DNA from: a virus
Direction: 5' to 3' (one strand)
IMG/VR virus record: IMGVR_UViG_3300032607_001425
Coordinates: 38,120 to 102,119 of that record
Length of the DNA: 64,000 nucleotides
The notes under the pieces were generated by a model. It saw only the letters and a list, made by a program, of their open reading frames with translations, had not been told where the DNA came from and did not search any database. The position numbers were made by a program, and so were the translations under genes. Shown piece after piece: positions 10,381-20,025 of this stretch. Position 1 is the first letter of the stretch. Every line of letters begins with the position of its first letter.

Positions 10381-11123
10381 GTTAATCTATAACCATTATC
10401 TCTCACCCAATCAAATAATTTTGGATATGATTTGAATAAAGCCTCTCTTGTATCTCCTGCTGGCATGAAATATATCTTGTCTTGAGGAATATCCATCATT
10501 CGAATAAAATCTATTATCTCTCCTAGGGCTACTTGATCTTCTCCATCCCATACTGGTTTTAAATGGTAATCAGAATGATATGTAATCATTTTAGACATTG
10601 CATCATAATTAAGTCTTAGCTTGTTGTGTTGCTTAATCATTTTTTCATCCGTAACATCTCCTTGAGGAGTAAGTACTCCGACTTTAGGTATCGAGTTACT
10701 AAATTTAGGTGATATGGAAAGTAAATTAATAGGATAGTCAGTCTCCAGAAAATGACTTCCTTCAGTTTCAATAGTGATAAATATCTTTCTTTCATGTGCA
10801 AAATGCGTTAGTTCATTTACTAATTTAGGCCACATAGTTGGGCTTCCGCCTGTAAGCATCATCTCTGTGATGTGTGGATTTTCATTATAAATCCTAATTA
10901 TATCATCAAAACTATATTTTGATTTATCAGGATGGATACTCGTGTACCAACTGTCGCACCAACCGCCTTCACCGAAATAGCAGCGGTGAGTGCAGCCTGT
11001 AGTTCGAATTACTACTGTAGGGTATCCAGCTCTACTCCCCTCTGATTGCACCGCTGTATAGAGCTCAGTAATTGCTGAGATTTTATTTTTCTCCGCTTCT
11101 GTCATTCTTGTTATTTGTCCCAT
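10335..11123 (-). CDS. queE: 7-carboxy-7-deazaguanine synthase (radical SAM)
   Basis: QSEG...IRTTGCTHRC........CDS, LTGGSP, IETEG, SISPK. Confidence 0.92.
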   Translation of the reverse strand: MGQITRMTEAEKNKISAITELYTAVQSEGSRAGYPTVVIRTTGCTHRCYFGEGGWCDSWYTSIHPDKSKYSFDDIIRIYNENPHITEMMLTGGSPTMWPKLVNELTHFAHERKIFITIETEGSHFLETDYPINLLSISPKFSNSIPKVGVLTPQGDVTDEKMIKQHNKLRLNYDAMSKMITYHSDYHLKPVWDGEDQVALGEIIDFIRMMDIPQDKIYFMPAGDTREALFKSYPKLFDWVRDNGYRLTWRPHIIAFQDQREV

Positions 11124-11596
11124 CGTAATGTTATGTGTTGATTTAGTAATTTATCTTTATATTTAATGTAGTATTCAATTAAGTAGTCCAACTCTCTTTG
11201 TTTACAATTCTCTTTAGAGGCCTCTTCTATTACTTCAAACTTAATCTTTTCAGGAGCATTATCGTAAGCAGCTTGTAAATACTTATTGAAGTGATTACCT
11301 CTCTTTAAAGAGGCGTAGTGTCCTTGACTTCTCTCTCTCAATAAGCCTCTTCCTATATAGAATTCTTCAGTATCAATATTCCCTATTCTATAAATTCCAT
11401 ACCCACCTCTTAGTATAAAAGCCTTTGAATGTTTGCTAGAATTTCCTTTTTCCCTATTCCAAGACTTTCTACACTCTTTACACCTAGACTCTATTCCGTC
11501 TTTCCTACTTTTACTTTTGTAAAAATACTCGAATTCTAACTCCTTGCTGCAGATACAGCAGACTTTAGTTTTGGTACCTACCGTATTGCTACCCAT
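11111..11596 (-). CDS. GIY-YIG endonuclease with N-terminal Zn-finger
   Basis: CCIC...CKEC followed by GIYRI...FYIG...HFNKYLQAAYD. Confidence 0.75.
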   Translation of the reverse strand: MGSNTVGTKTKVCCICSKELEFEYFYKSKSRKDGIESRCKECRKSWNREKGNSSKHSKAFILRGGYGIYRIGNIDTEEFYIGRGLLRERSQGHYASLKRGNHFNKYLQAAYDNAPEKIKFEVIEEASKENCKQRELDYLIEYYIKYKDKLLNQHITLRWDK

Positions 11597-11880
11597 TCAT
11601 AGGTAATTTTTTCTACTTTTTCTACTCTAGTTAGTTCTGAGAAATTATCTTCAAATCCATAATTATCATCCCAAACTACTTCATTAGTTTGCCATGTTCC
11701 TAAGTACTTATCAAAATCTTCTATATCTGTAAAATGATTTTTATGTTCTGGTAAAAATTCTATAATGTCTGTTCTATAAAAATTGGATCCTCTTCTATGG
11801 TCCATATCGCTATCTATTGAGAATTCATCTATTTCATCAAACAATAATGGCTCTTCTTGGTATGTTACTCTGTTTATCAT
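11578..11880 (-). CDS. Hypothetical acidic protein
   Basis: ORF in operon. Confidence 0.6.
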   Translation of the reverse strand: MINRVTYQEEPLLFDEIDEFSIDSDMDHRRGSNFYRTDIIEFLPEHKNHFTDIEDFDKYLGTWQTNEVVWDDNYGFEDNFSELTRVEKVEKITYEWVAIR

Positions 11881-11881
11881 C

Positions 11882-12421
11882 TTATCTTAGTTTAATTTGT
11901 AATTCAATTTTGTCTCCATTTGGTTTAGAGTATACAGCATGTGTTGGAGTTAATTCAAATTCCTGTCCTTTTAACATCTCAACATATTTTTTACCAGTTC
12001 CTGGTTTTAAATAAGCAATAGTTGCATGAGGGTGATAATCAGGAAAATTTGTTGTATGAGGATATTTAGTCAATTCAGCATTAGTTTCATGTAAGCTAGG
12101 ACCTTTAACATTAAACTTAAATACATCGTATTGAGGATTATTAAATATAGAAGCATTAAATAATTTACAAGTTCCGAATTTAAATTTATCTAGAACATTA
12201 ATTACATCCTCATCTGATACCTCTTCATGTAAACCAAATAATAGTGTAGTATGTGGTTCATCTTCAAAGCCAAATGATCTATCACCTTCCTCGGTGTATG
12301 CATCTTCGGGGTTTATAACATTTTGGACTTTACTCATTTCAGGAAAATCAAAGTATAACATAGCACACCCGAACTCAAATTTCTGTTTTTCTTCCTTAAG
12401 AAGATCCATTAATTTTATCAT
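11882..12421 (-). CDS. 2H phosphoesterase, T4 gp57B/Acb1-like (anti-CBASS nuclease candidate)
   Basis: Two HxT motifs (PHTTLLFG and FPDYHPHATIAY); start reassigned to MIKLMDLLKE. Confidence 0.75.
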   Translation of the reverse strand: MIKLMDLLKEEKQKFEFGCAMLYFDFPEMSKVQNVINPEDAYTEEGDRSFGFEDEPHTTLLFGLHEEVSDEDVINVLDKFKFGTCKLFNASIFNNPQYDVFKFNVKGPSLHETNAELTKYPHTTNFPDYHPHATIAYLKPGTGKKYVEMLKGQEFELTPTHAVYSKPNGDKIELQIKLR

Positions 12422-12422
12422 C

Positions 12423-12887
12423 TTACTCTCCATATATTGCTGAATTTTTATGGTTTTCAAAAAATTGTACTTGAGTAACGTGGACTCTACCCGCTGTTTC
12501 CTCTTGTATGAATGCGTCTAGTTTTTCGTAAATATACTTTGCAAATTGCTCTGCTCCTATTACCGATAAGACTCTTACTTGAGCTACTCCTGCTTCATCC
12601 ATTTTCTTAAACGATTCTAAGAAAGGATCATCCTCAGATACTATAAGAGTGTGGTCAAACATATAGTCCATCCACTCTTTTGCATTCATACCATCAATCT
12701 TTGTTTTTGCTCTTTTTAAAATTCCAAAATCAGCTACCCAGTTTCTATGGTCTAAGTCACCTTGAAAAGTAACATCAAAGTATACGTCATAGCCATGTAG
12801 TTTCGAACAGTGCGTATCATCTGCTTTCCATTGACGAAATACCGTACTAAATCCTTCATACCTTTTTTTACTTCTAAATTTTTCCAT
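12423..12887 (-). CDS. queD: 6-carboxy-5,6,7,8-tetrahydropterin synthase
   Basis: HCSKLHGY, WVADFG, FDHT, GAEQFA, ENHKNSA. Confidence 0.9.
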   Translation of the reverse strand: MEKFRSKKRYEGFSTVFRQWKADDTHCSKLHGYDVYFDVTFQGDLDHRNWVADFGILKRAKTKIDGMNAKEWMDYMFDHTLIVSEDDPFLESFKKMDEAGVAQVRVLSVIGAEQFAKYIYEKLDAFIQEETAGRVHVTQVQFFENHKNSAIYGE

Positions 12888-12888
12888 T

Positions 12889-13611
12889 CTACTTTTTTAT
12901 GTTTAAAGTTTGTAAATCTATTAAATTTGTATCAATTATATCGGATACCGTATAACTGCCGTACCCTGCTTCTCTAAAGGTCTTACCAATGTATATTCTA
13001 TCATGTTCTTTCAGTTTATGATCAGTTGCAGCTACAGCTACTGCTGTTACTACTTTGTCTGGATTAGTGCATCTTCTACTTAGTGTACTCATGTCAATTC
13101 CTATTTCCCTATGTGCAATTTGTAATGAAGAGTAATTACCCAAAGGAGTAGTGTATATGTACTTGGTTTTTGCTCCTACTTTAAAAATATCTTGTTTAAA
13201 TTCTACTAAAGAGCATGATCCTCTAAGTCCTGTTGATAGATGTAAATAACTGACCATTCCTACTAGTGGCTCCCTCTTAGCTCTTTTTTTTAGTTTAACC
13301 CGTAACTCTACCATCTCATTTTGAGATAATCCTGCATAAGTATTACCTCCTTCTCCACCTGTTGCTATATTATAAAATAACTTACTTTGTACAGCATTTA
13401 GCAACTTTATCCATCTTACTTCTCCACTTCGGCAATCTTCTTTGTTGGAATACCTTTCTAGTATAATTCTAGTAAAGTTATCTTTTCCGTACTTCTGTAC
13501 TGCTCTTTTTAATAATTTACCTGACCCTAGGTAATTATCAGACTCCGGTCCTTCGTACTTACCTACATAACTCTTCCCATTAAACAAACATACTGTGAGA
13601 TATACAAACAT
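12889..13611 (-). CDS. Seg-like GIY-YIG homing endonuclease
   Basis: FVYLT..LFNGKSYVG...YLGSGKLLKRAVQKYG...YNIATGGEGG. Confidence 0.88.
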   Translation of the reverse strand: MFVYLTVCLFNGKSYVGKYEGPESDNYLGSGKLLKRAVQKYGKDNFTRIILERYSNKEDCRSGEVRWIKLLNAVQSKLFYNIATGGEGGNTYAGLSQNEMVELRVKLKKRAKREPLVGMVSYLHLSTGLRGSCSLVEFKQDIFKVGAKTKYIYTTPLGNYSSLQIAHREIGIDMSTLSRRCTNPDKVVTAVAVAATDHKLKEHDRIYIGKTFREAGYGSYTVSDIIDTNLIDLQTLNIKK

Positions 13612-13646
13612 ACTTTTTTATAATAAATAGTACCGAAGTCTAAGAA

Positions 13647-13694
13647 CTAGAGTTTGGAGGTACTAAAGATCTTTGTTGATTGAAATTTATTCAT
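13647..13694 (-). pseudogene. Remnant 5' end of an ancestral queD (MNKFQSTKIFSTSKL*)
   Basis: 15-aa stub after a promoter-like motif, aligning with the current QueD N-terminus MEKFRSKKRY. Confidence 0.6.
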
Positions 13695-13722
13695 TTATTT
13701 GTTTTTATATAATGTACGAACT

Positions 13723-14373
13723 TTATTTTAAGATTCCAAACTTTTTATTAGATTTTTTTATATTATCTTGAGCCCACAGTGGTTGAAAATTTGTGTAATG
13801 ATTTAGTTTATAAATTTCTTCTAAGGTTTGTGCAGATGAAATTGGGATAATATGATCAAAATGCCACTCACCATGGTTACTTAATGTCATACCTTCCTGA
13901 AATTTGTGCTCGATGTATATTAAAAATTCCTGCATTGAGCATCCTAAAATCTCTTCAGTAAGTTTGCTCTTTTTATAAAGTCCTTTACAAGCTCTACCAA
14001 AAGAACCTCCTACTAATGCCCTTACGCCACATATGGTTTTAAATAAAGGATCTACTTCTCTTCTACGAGTTGCATATTCTTGAGTACGTTTTTTAACATG
14101 CTCTATATTATTTTTATAATATTCAGAATAGCTATTAGGATTTTTTTCTTCCCACTGTTTCATATAGTTAGGATTTTGCTCCATCCATTCCTTTAGGTAA
14201 TTAGGGTTTTCTAAATACCATTTTTGAAGATAATCAGGATTTTTTTCTCTCCAACTAGTATTCCTTATTTTACAACATTCTTTACATTCCCCAAACCTAC
14301 CATCTAGGTTTCTTACATTCTTATAGTAATCTTCTAATAACTTTTCTTGATTACAAGTTATACATTTTTTCAT
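13723..14373 (-). CDS. HNH endonuclease with Zn-finger and NPxY repeats
   Basis: CITC...CKEC, four W.E.NP.Y repeats, WHFDHIIP...NHYTNFQPLWAQDN..K. Confidence 0.85.
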   Translation of the reverse strand: MKKCITCNQEKLLEDYYKNVRNLDGRFGECKECCKIRNTSWREKNPDYLQKWYLENPNYLKEWMEQNPNYMKQWEEKNPNSYSEYYKNNIEHVKKRTQEYATRRREVDPLFKTICGVRALVGGSFGRACKGLYKKSKLTEEILGCSMQEFLIYIEHKFQEGMTLSNHGEWHFDHIIPISSAQTLEEIYKLNHYTNFQPLWAQDNIKKSNKKFGILK

Positions 14374-14477
14374 AATAAAAAAAAGCTTAGGCTTTCGAGG
14401 TCGGACGCTCTACTTGCCATAAGCTTTAAATTGATGTTTTCGATATAAATATAGGTCCGACGCTATGCATATAAATA
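14374..14477 (-). ncRNA. Endonuclease leader RNA family A, copy 2
   Basis: Same scaffold as 1900-2001; loops GTCGGAC and GTCCGAC. Confidence 0.75.
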
Positions 14478-14508
14478 TCGACTTTTTATGAAAAGTACGG
14501 TTTATTTT

Positions 14509-14850
14509 TTAATTCTTCCAAAATAATTGCACACCCATTATTGCTAATGCCAATCCAAGGCAGATTAAAGTCTTCAAAGATAAGGGCTCTCTAAACCAAG
14601 CCCAAGACATTATAGTAAAAACTATTGCTCCTATAGCAAATCCTAGTAAACGTGAAGGCCAAAGCTGGCCTTCAAAATGTGCTACCATATACTTGACTGA
14701 TGCTAGGTATAGAAGTGATAGAGGAAATCCTAAAAGAGCCATGTAGATTGGATTATCTTTTGCCCATTCAAACTTAAATTGACCTTGTAGTTGTACGAAT
14801 GTAAGTATTTGTGCTAATATTCCTAATATTAATCCTAGTATAAAATTCAT
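14509..14850 (-). CDS. Small four-helix membrane protein (DMT/SMR-like)
   Basis: Four hydrophobic segments; FREPLSLKTLICLGL ending. Confidence 0.6.
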   Translation of the reverse strand: MNFILGLILGILAQILTFVQLQGQFKFEWAKDNPIYMALLGFPLSLLYLASVKYMVAHFEGQLWPSRLLGFAIGAIVFTIMSWAWFREPLSLKTLICLGLALAIMGVQLFWKN

Positions 14851-14851
14851 A

Positions 14852-16063
14852 TTAATTGCTTAAAGGTGCTTTGATTGTTGGGTGTGATTGGTAATCCTTT
14901 ACTATGAAATCATCATTGTTTAAATGGCCTATCAAGCTTATTCTATTAGATAACGATTCGTAATAAGCGTCTGCTTTCAAATGAACTAAGGTTGGTAATG
15001 CATAAGGTTGTCTTGTTCTAATTGGAGTTGGTTCGTAATAATCATTATCAAAATCAGGTAAGTTATTTGGATCAAAATTTCTTTCCATACCTGTTTCATA
15101 GTTATTGGTAAACCAAATATCGTATCTCTCTTCATCACTTAACTGTCTACCAATTTGTTCCTTTGCTTGTTCAATGTGATTTGAGTATAAATGAACATCT
15201 CCTAGATTTCCAATCAACTGGTCAGGAACCATATTAGCTTGTTTTGCAATTATTTCTAGTAACAATCCATAAGAAGCAATGTTGAATGGTAAACCTAAAA
15301 AGGTATCTACTGAACGTTGATTCCACATTAATGAGATTGCTCTATACTTTCCAGGATTGGTAATTTTTTCTTCTCTAGTTGTTGCTCTTGTATAAACTTG
15401 AAATCCATAATGACAAGGAGGTAGAGTCATTTGATCTAATTCTCCAACATTCCAAGCATTGACCATTAATCGTCTTGAGTCTGGATTTGTTTTAAGTTCG
15501 TTGATTAGATTTTGAATTTGGTCTATGTATCCGAAGGTGTCTGTTGCTGAGATGCTACCATTAGAAGTTTTATTTTTTCCTATCCACTTTCTCCATTGTT
15601 TACCATAAATTGGACCTAACTCACCCCACTTGTTAGCAAACTCATCATCTCTTTTGATTGTATAGATGAACTCTTCTTGAGTCAAAAGTCTTATTTCATC
15701 CCCTACAACAAGTAGTAGTCTGTCATAAATCATATCATCCAAATCCCCAACGTCAGATTTCAACCACATTTTATCAACAGTATCAACGTAGTTTTTATAA
15801 GCATCACCATCCCATATATGACAATTATTATCAACCAAATATTTAATATTTGTATCACCTCGAAGGAACCAAAGTAGTTCTGTTACAATTGTTTTGAATG
15901 GCATCTTCTTTGTTGTTAGAAGTGGAAAACCATCTTTCATATTGTGACGTATTTGTCTACCGAATATTGAGGTTGTTCCTGTACCTGTTCTGTCTTGTTT
16001 CTGTACTCCGTTGTCAAGAATGTCTTGGAGTAGGTCTATGTATTGCTTATCTAAAGTTGCCAT
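14852..16063 (-). CDS. thyA: Thymidylate synthase
   Basis: DRTGTGT, FPLLTTKK, ELLWFLRG, LPPCH, QRSVDTFLGLPFNIASY, GDVHLYSNH. Confidence 0.97.
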   Translation of the reverse strand: MATLDKQYIDLLQDILDNGVQKQDRTGTGTTSIFGRQIRHNMKDGFPLLTTKKMPFKTIVTELLWFLRGDTNIKYLVDNNCHIWDGDAYKNYVDTVDKMWLKSDVGDLDDMIYDRLLLVVGDEIRLLTQEEFIYTIKRDDEFANKWGELGPIYGKQWRKWIGKNKTSNGSISATDTFGYIDQIQNLINELKTNPDSRRLMVNAWNVGELDQMTLPPCHYGFQVYTRATTREEKITNPGKYRAISLMWNQRSVDTFLGLPFNIASYGLLLEIIAKQANMVPDQLIGNLGDVHLYSNHIEQAKEQIGRQLSDEERYDIWFTNNYETGMERNFDPNNLPDFDNDYYEPTPIRTRQPYALPTLVHLKADAYYESLSNRISLIGHLNNDDFIVKDYQSHPTIKAPLSN

Positions 16064-16065
16064 AA

Positions 16066-16410
16066 TTATAAATTGTTTATTACTGCTTCCAACATTCTAG
16101 TTTCATTTTTGAAGATTACATCTTCAGATTTTTGCCTATCAATTTCCATTGCCCCTTCTATTAAATCTACAAGCATATTAAATGCTTTAGGATGAATAAT
16201 TTTTGCACAAAAGAATTTAGAATTTGTTATCTGAATTCCATTATCTCTTATCATTATTTCATAATGTTTTGCAGTATTGGATAAATAATACTTGTGAGAG
16301 ATTGGTGCCATCCTTAAAGATGTTTTAGGATGTTCTAATAGCTTTGTAACAATATCAATGAATTGTTGTTCTTGAAGTGTTGGCGTGTACTTGAAAAATT
16401 TATTAAACAT
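16066..16410 (-). CDS. Hypothetical protein
   Basis: ORF downstream of a promoter motif. Confidence 0.6.
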   Translation of the reverse strand: MFNKFFKYTPTLQEQQFIDIVTKLLEHPKTSLRMAPISHKYYLSNTAKHYEIMIRDNGIQITNSKFFCAKIIHPKAFNMLVDLIEGAMEIDRQKSEDVIFKNETRMLEAVINNL

Positions 16411-16435
16411 AACCTTTATTTTTATTTGTTTCTAA

Positions 16436-16476
16436 TACTTAAATATACGAAAAAAGACCTGCGTAAGCAAGCCTTT
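16436..16476 (-). promoter_or_regulatory. Composite terminator hairpin and Bacteroidota-type promoter (recurs near 9212, 20595, 24900, 27118, 31590, 31803, 50685)
   Basis: Minus strand AAAAGGCTTGCTTACGCAGGTCTTTTTTCGTATATTTAAGTAT: hairpin plus U tract overlapping a -33 TTG and a -7 TAnnTTT-like element. Confidence 0.6.
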
Positions 16477-16488
16477 TATTATTTATTT

Positions 16489-17292
16489 TTACATTTCTTC
16501 GATAGGAGTGTACCCTACTATTGCTTGTGGAGGAATGTTTTGATAGGTATAAGCTCCTTGTCCTTTAAAATTTGGATCTTCGTAGAAAGCTCCTTTAAGT
16601 AGGCTAGTATCAATAGTTAGCTCTACTCCTTGATTCTTTCCAAAATGTTGCTTTAAACCTCTAAATAAAAAGTCAGAATCCTTCTTAGAAAGTGAAACAT
16701 ATATTCTTTCAGGATGTGCTGATCTCTTTTCTAATGTTTTTGGTGTGAGTCCTATTTGTTTAATTTTATCTACAAATCTTGTTGTTGTAGTATGGTAAAC
16801 ATACTTTGGAATCTCTACTTCTGGATCATATTTAGCTTCGAAAAAGAATTTAAGGTAAGGAGGCTGTTCATTTAAAACTAACTCCCTAAACTTAGAAGAG
16901 CTATACTTCATTGAATATTGTTGATTATTATCGTTAAGAGAAGGAAATAGGATCGATTTAGGTTTTTGTTGATTGGGGTTGTTAAGTTTATAATATACTA
17001 CGCTAGGAAAATATCCTAAGTTATTTGCTAGTTGAATTACTTTTGATATTTTAGGATCATATAAAGTTCCTGTACTGTACTTACTACTTTGTTCTGTAGC
17101 ATAAGTAGGTTTGAATCCTAGTACAATAGTGTTACCATCATTTAAGAAATCAAGTTCAGGGTAATTTTCAACCTCTCTACCTAGAACTTCCATGGCCTGC
17201 TGTATAGGCACTGTCCTAGTCAGTCCTTCCTGTAAGTCTCCTGTAAACGGATCAAAAACAATCCCCCTTATTAAATCCTTTAATTTAATCAT
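16489..17292 (-). CDS. ADP-ribosyltransferase-fold (Tpt1/KptA-like) domain protein
   Basis: C-terminal YHTT....IKQIGL.P, RIYVS, LTID, Y.DPN...YTYQNIPPQAI; N-terminus MIKLKDLI. Confidence 0.55.
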   Translation of the reverse strand: MIKLKDLIRGIVFDPFTGDLQEGLTRTVPIQQAMEVLGREVENYPELDFLNDGNTIVLGFKPTYATEQSSKYSTGTLYDPKISKVIQLANNLGYFPSVVYYKLNNPNQQKPKSILFPSLNDNNQQYSMKYSSSKFRELVLNEQPPYLKFFFEAKYDPEVEIPKYVYHTTTTRFVDKIKQIGLTPKTLEKRSAHPERIYVSLSKKDSDFLFRGLKQHFGKNQGVELTIDTSLLKGAFYEDPNFKGQGAYTYQNIPPQAIVGYTPIEEM

Positions 17293-17309
17293 ACTTTTTA
17301 TAATAAATA

Positions 17310-18032
17310 TTATATAAATTCTATTGTATTTGTTTCCTTATCCCAATCAAACGTCATTGGCTTTTGAGTGTACTCATAACTCTCATCCAATACAGATGCA
17401 TTGAAGAAGTGAGTACCATCTTTAAACTCATAACCATATCCTGAATGGATATGACCGCAAACGTGAATTTTAGGCCTTATTTGTTCTATTCTTTGTGCCA
17501 ATAACTCACATCCTAAACCATCCCACTCTCTTCCTTTTACTGTATCTAAAGTTCCAAATGCTGGACCATGTGTAACTAGAATGTCTGTGTTGTCAGGAAT
17601 TGCTTCCCACTTACCTGCTAACTGTATTCCATTTTTAGGTAAATTGAATGCCCAAGAATAGAATTCAGGTTGCCAAGGGGATCCATAAATACGAATGTTG
17701 TTCTCAGGCATATCTCCATTTGGACCATCACCATACAATGCTATTTGTTCATCTTGTAGATAGTCAATTAATGGAAAATCTTTTAGATATCCTTTCACAT
17801 CCTCAGGATGATTCTCAAACATTCTATCATGATTACCTGCTATGAATATTTTATCTTCATATTGCTTTAGGGATTGGAACCAATTACAGAAGCTCCAGAT
17901 ATCATTTCTATTGTATCCTGAGTTCATTATGTCTCCTGCATGGATGAGAATATCTCCTCCAGGTAAATCCTCCATTGGGATTAGTCCATGTCTTGTATGT
18001 GTGTCCGATAATACTGTTATACGTGTTTTCAT
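17310..18032 (-). CDS. Calcineurin-like metallophosphoesterase (MPPED-like)
   Basis: SDTH, HAGD, AGNHD, THGP, GHIH. Confidence 0.9.
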   Translation of the reverse strand: MKTRITVLSDTHTRHGLIPMEDLPGGDILIHAGDIMNSGYNRNDIWSFCNWFQSLKQYEDKIFIAGNHDRMFENHPEDVKGYLKDFPLIDYLQDEQIALYGDGPNGDMPENNIRIYGSPWQPEFYSWAFNLPKNGIQLAGKWEAIPDNTDILVTHGPAFGTLDTVKGREWDGLGCELLAQRIEQIRPKIHVCGHIHSGYGYEFKDGTHFFNASVLDESYEYTQKPMTFDWDKETNTIEFI

Positions 18033-18130
18033 TTTATTCTCCTCCTCCTTTTTTAATTAAAAAATACCAAAACCAAATTACTTTGGATCTTATTAGTTCG
18101 TATGCTATCCAAATTAGAATGTACTTCATT

Positions 18131-18373
18131 TTATCTGTTTAAAGATTTTAAATAAATTGCTTGTTGTCTGATTCCAAATTCTCTTGTAAGAATATTTACA
18201 TGCATTTGATTTTTCATAAACATCTCCAGTCCAACTATCATTTCAGTAGCATCAAACTTTTTTGATCTACCTTGAATTTTTAAATCTTCATCAGCAAGTT
18301 TTAGCATTAAATATCCTAATTCGGTTTCACTTTCACATTGATTAACTTCTTGCCATTTTTGTAATTCTGTCAT
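18131..18373 (-). CDS. Hypothetical protein
   Basis: ORF after promoter motif. Confidence 0.55.
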   Translation of the reverse strand: MTELQKWQEVNQCESETELGYLMLKLADEDLKIQGRSKKFDATEMIVGLEMFMKNQMHVNILTREFGIRQQAIYLKSLNR

Positions 18374-18408
18374 AACTTTACCTTTTTATATAACTAAATA
18401 TACGAAAT

Positions 18409-18771
18409 TTATTTCGATAAAACAAATAATTCATAACAAGAATTTTCAGTTGAAAATTTTATGTAATCGTCTCTGTGCTCTACAATTTCAGTTACTATAG
18501 TAGTTTGCCAAATAAAAAACTCATTGAATGGAGACATAATTAAACTTGTATTAACTGCAATGTTTGGTGATTCTCCTTTATACCTTCCTTGCTCATTAAA
18601 CTCTAACCACTTTATGTCTTTAGAGGTTTTTGTTAATTGGTCTCTTTCTCGAACTAGTTTATATTTATGCTCTTCTGGATTCCCAAAAACCATTTCAAAC
18701 ATTTGATCTAAATGTAAAGTATTACCATCTGCTTGAGATAGTAGTACTTTTGGCTGTGCTCCTGCTATCAT
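18409..18771 (-). CDS. Hypothetical protein
   Basis: Coupled ORF. Confidence 0.6.
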   Translation of the reverse strand: MIAGAQPKVLLSQADGNTLHLDQMFEMVFGNPEEHKYKLVRERDQLTKTSKDIKWLEFNEQGRYKGESPNIAVNTSLIMSPFNEFFIWQTTIVTEIVEHRDDYIKFSTENSCYELFVLSK

Positions 18772-18980
18772 AATTCTTTTTCTTTTTTGTAGATTGCTAA
18801 TAGTTCTTCGTATGTCTTAAGTGCTTTATCATTACGCCATTCACACCAATAAGCAAATCCAATAGCAAATTCATCAGCTACTTTTTCGTGTTCAATAGAT
18901 ACAAGTTCTACCATTCCTTCATAATGTTCATCTTCTTCATCATTGATAAACCATTGTTGAAATTTTTCTTTTAGTGTCAT
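18768..18980 (-). CDS. Hypothetical protein
   Basis: Coupled ORF. Confidence 0.55.
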   Translation of the reverse strand: MTLKEKFQQWFINDEEDEHYEGMVELVSIEHEKVADEFAIGFAYWCEWRNDKALKTYEELLAIYKKEKEL

Positions 18981-18983
18981 AAC

Positions 18984-19391
18984 TTATACTGTATGTTGAA
19001 TTTGTACTCTTACACAATTTTGAGGTAAACGATGTATGTGTCTGTAGTTGTTAATGTACCCCATCATGTTACCACTTCCAACTGCATTTGCAGAATGTAC
19101 TACAACATCAACAACACAACCTCCATCAAGCCATTGATTGACCAACCATTTAGTACAATCCATTCCAGTTTTCTCTTTAATATTGTCATAATTCAATTCA
19201 TAATTGTAGTAAACATTTTTATGCCATTCAGCCATTGCTGTATCTCCTAAATCGTGATCTAGAGAAATTACATCTATGTTTTCTAATCCAATGTAAGTAA
19301 CTGTATCGACAAATTGCTCGTAGTTTCTTACTACAGTCCAAGATGTATCAACTGGTGTTCTTACATCATCTAGGTATATTTTCTTTTTCAT
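18984..19391 (-). CDS. Cyclic-phosphate-processing receiver-like domain protein
   Basis: IYLDDVR, ISLDHDLG, TGMD, VHSAN.VG motifs. Confidence 0.8.
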   Translation of the reverse strand: MKKKIYLDDVRTPVDTSWTVVRNYEQFVDTVTYIGLENIDVISLDHDLGDTAMAEWHKNVYYNYELNYDNIKEKTGMDCTKWLVNQWLDGGCVVDVVVHSANAVGSGNMMGYINNYRHIHRLPQNCVRVQIQHTV

Positions 19392-19401
19392 TTTATTTGT
19401 T

Positions 19402-20025
19402 TTAATCCCACCACCCTTGAATCTGACTTTCCATTATTTTAAATAATAGTTTGTGTGCTCTTTGGTGGTTAATGTGAGCAATATTCATTGCAATTCTCTG
19501 TTTTCTATCAGTACTAACGTTATCGTGATCTCCTAAAGAAAAGACACCTTCACCATTCATAACTCTTTTATAAATTAAAGGGTATTTTTTGAAGTAGTCA
19601 TCAAACTTTTCCCATACTAATTCACTATTCATTAGAGACGAATCTGGTCTGTCTTCGCAAGGTGTAAACCATACCCTGTCTTTATGGTAATCCATATACT
19701 CCATTACATACTCCTCTTCTTGCACTTTTTGCATTAACTTAACACATATTCTCATATTACGAGCATCTTGCTGGGCACGAGTATGTCTATCCTTTGCTCC
19801 AATATAATCGGCTTGAGCTTTTAATTTATGTTTTAGTATTTCGTAGATGTAGTGCGAATCCCAATTTCTATCTTTCCAAATGATTGGAAACCAATACCAA
19901 ACGTTTTTTACTCCTTGTTTAAAGTATTTGTGATAATACTTTCCATCATGATTCCACCAAAGCTGTACCTTTCTAAGTATGTTTGGTCTAGGTCTGTTTT
20001 CTAATTCTTCGAAAAAATCTTCCAT
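19402..20025 (-). CDS. Hypothetical phage protein
   Basis: Trp-rich ORF (WFPIIWKDRNWD...GWWD). Confidence 0.65.
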   Translation of the reverse strand: MEDFFEELENRPRPNILRKVQLWWNHDGKYYHKYFKQGVKNVWYWFPIIWKDRNWDSHYIYEILKHKLKAQADYIGAKDRHTRAQQDARNMRICVKLMQKVQEEEYVMEYMDYHKDRVWFTPCEDRPDSSLMNSELVWEKFDDYFKKYPLIYKRVMNGEGVFSLGDHDNVSTDRKQRIAMNIAHINHQRAHKLLFKIMESQIQGWWD

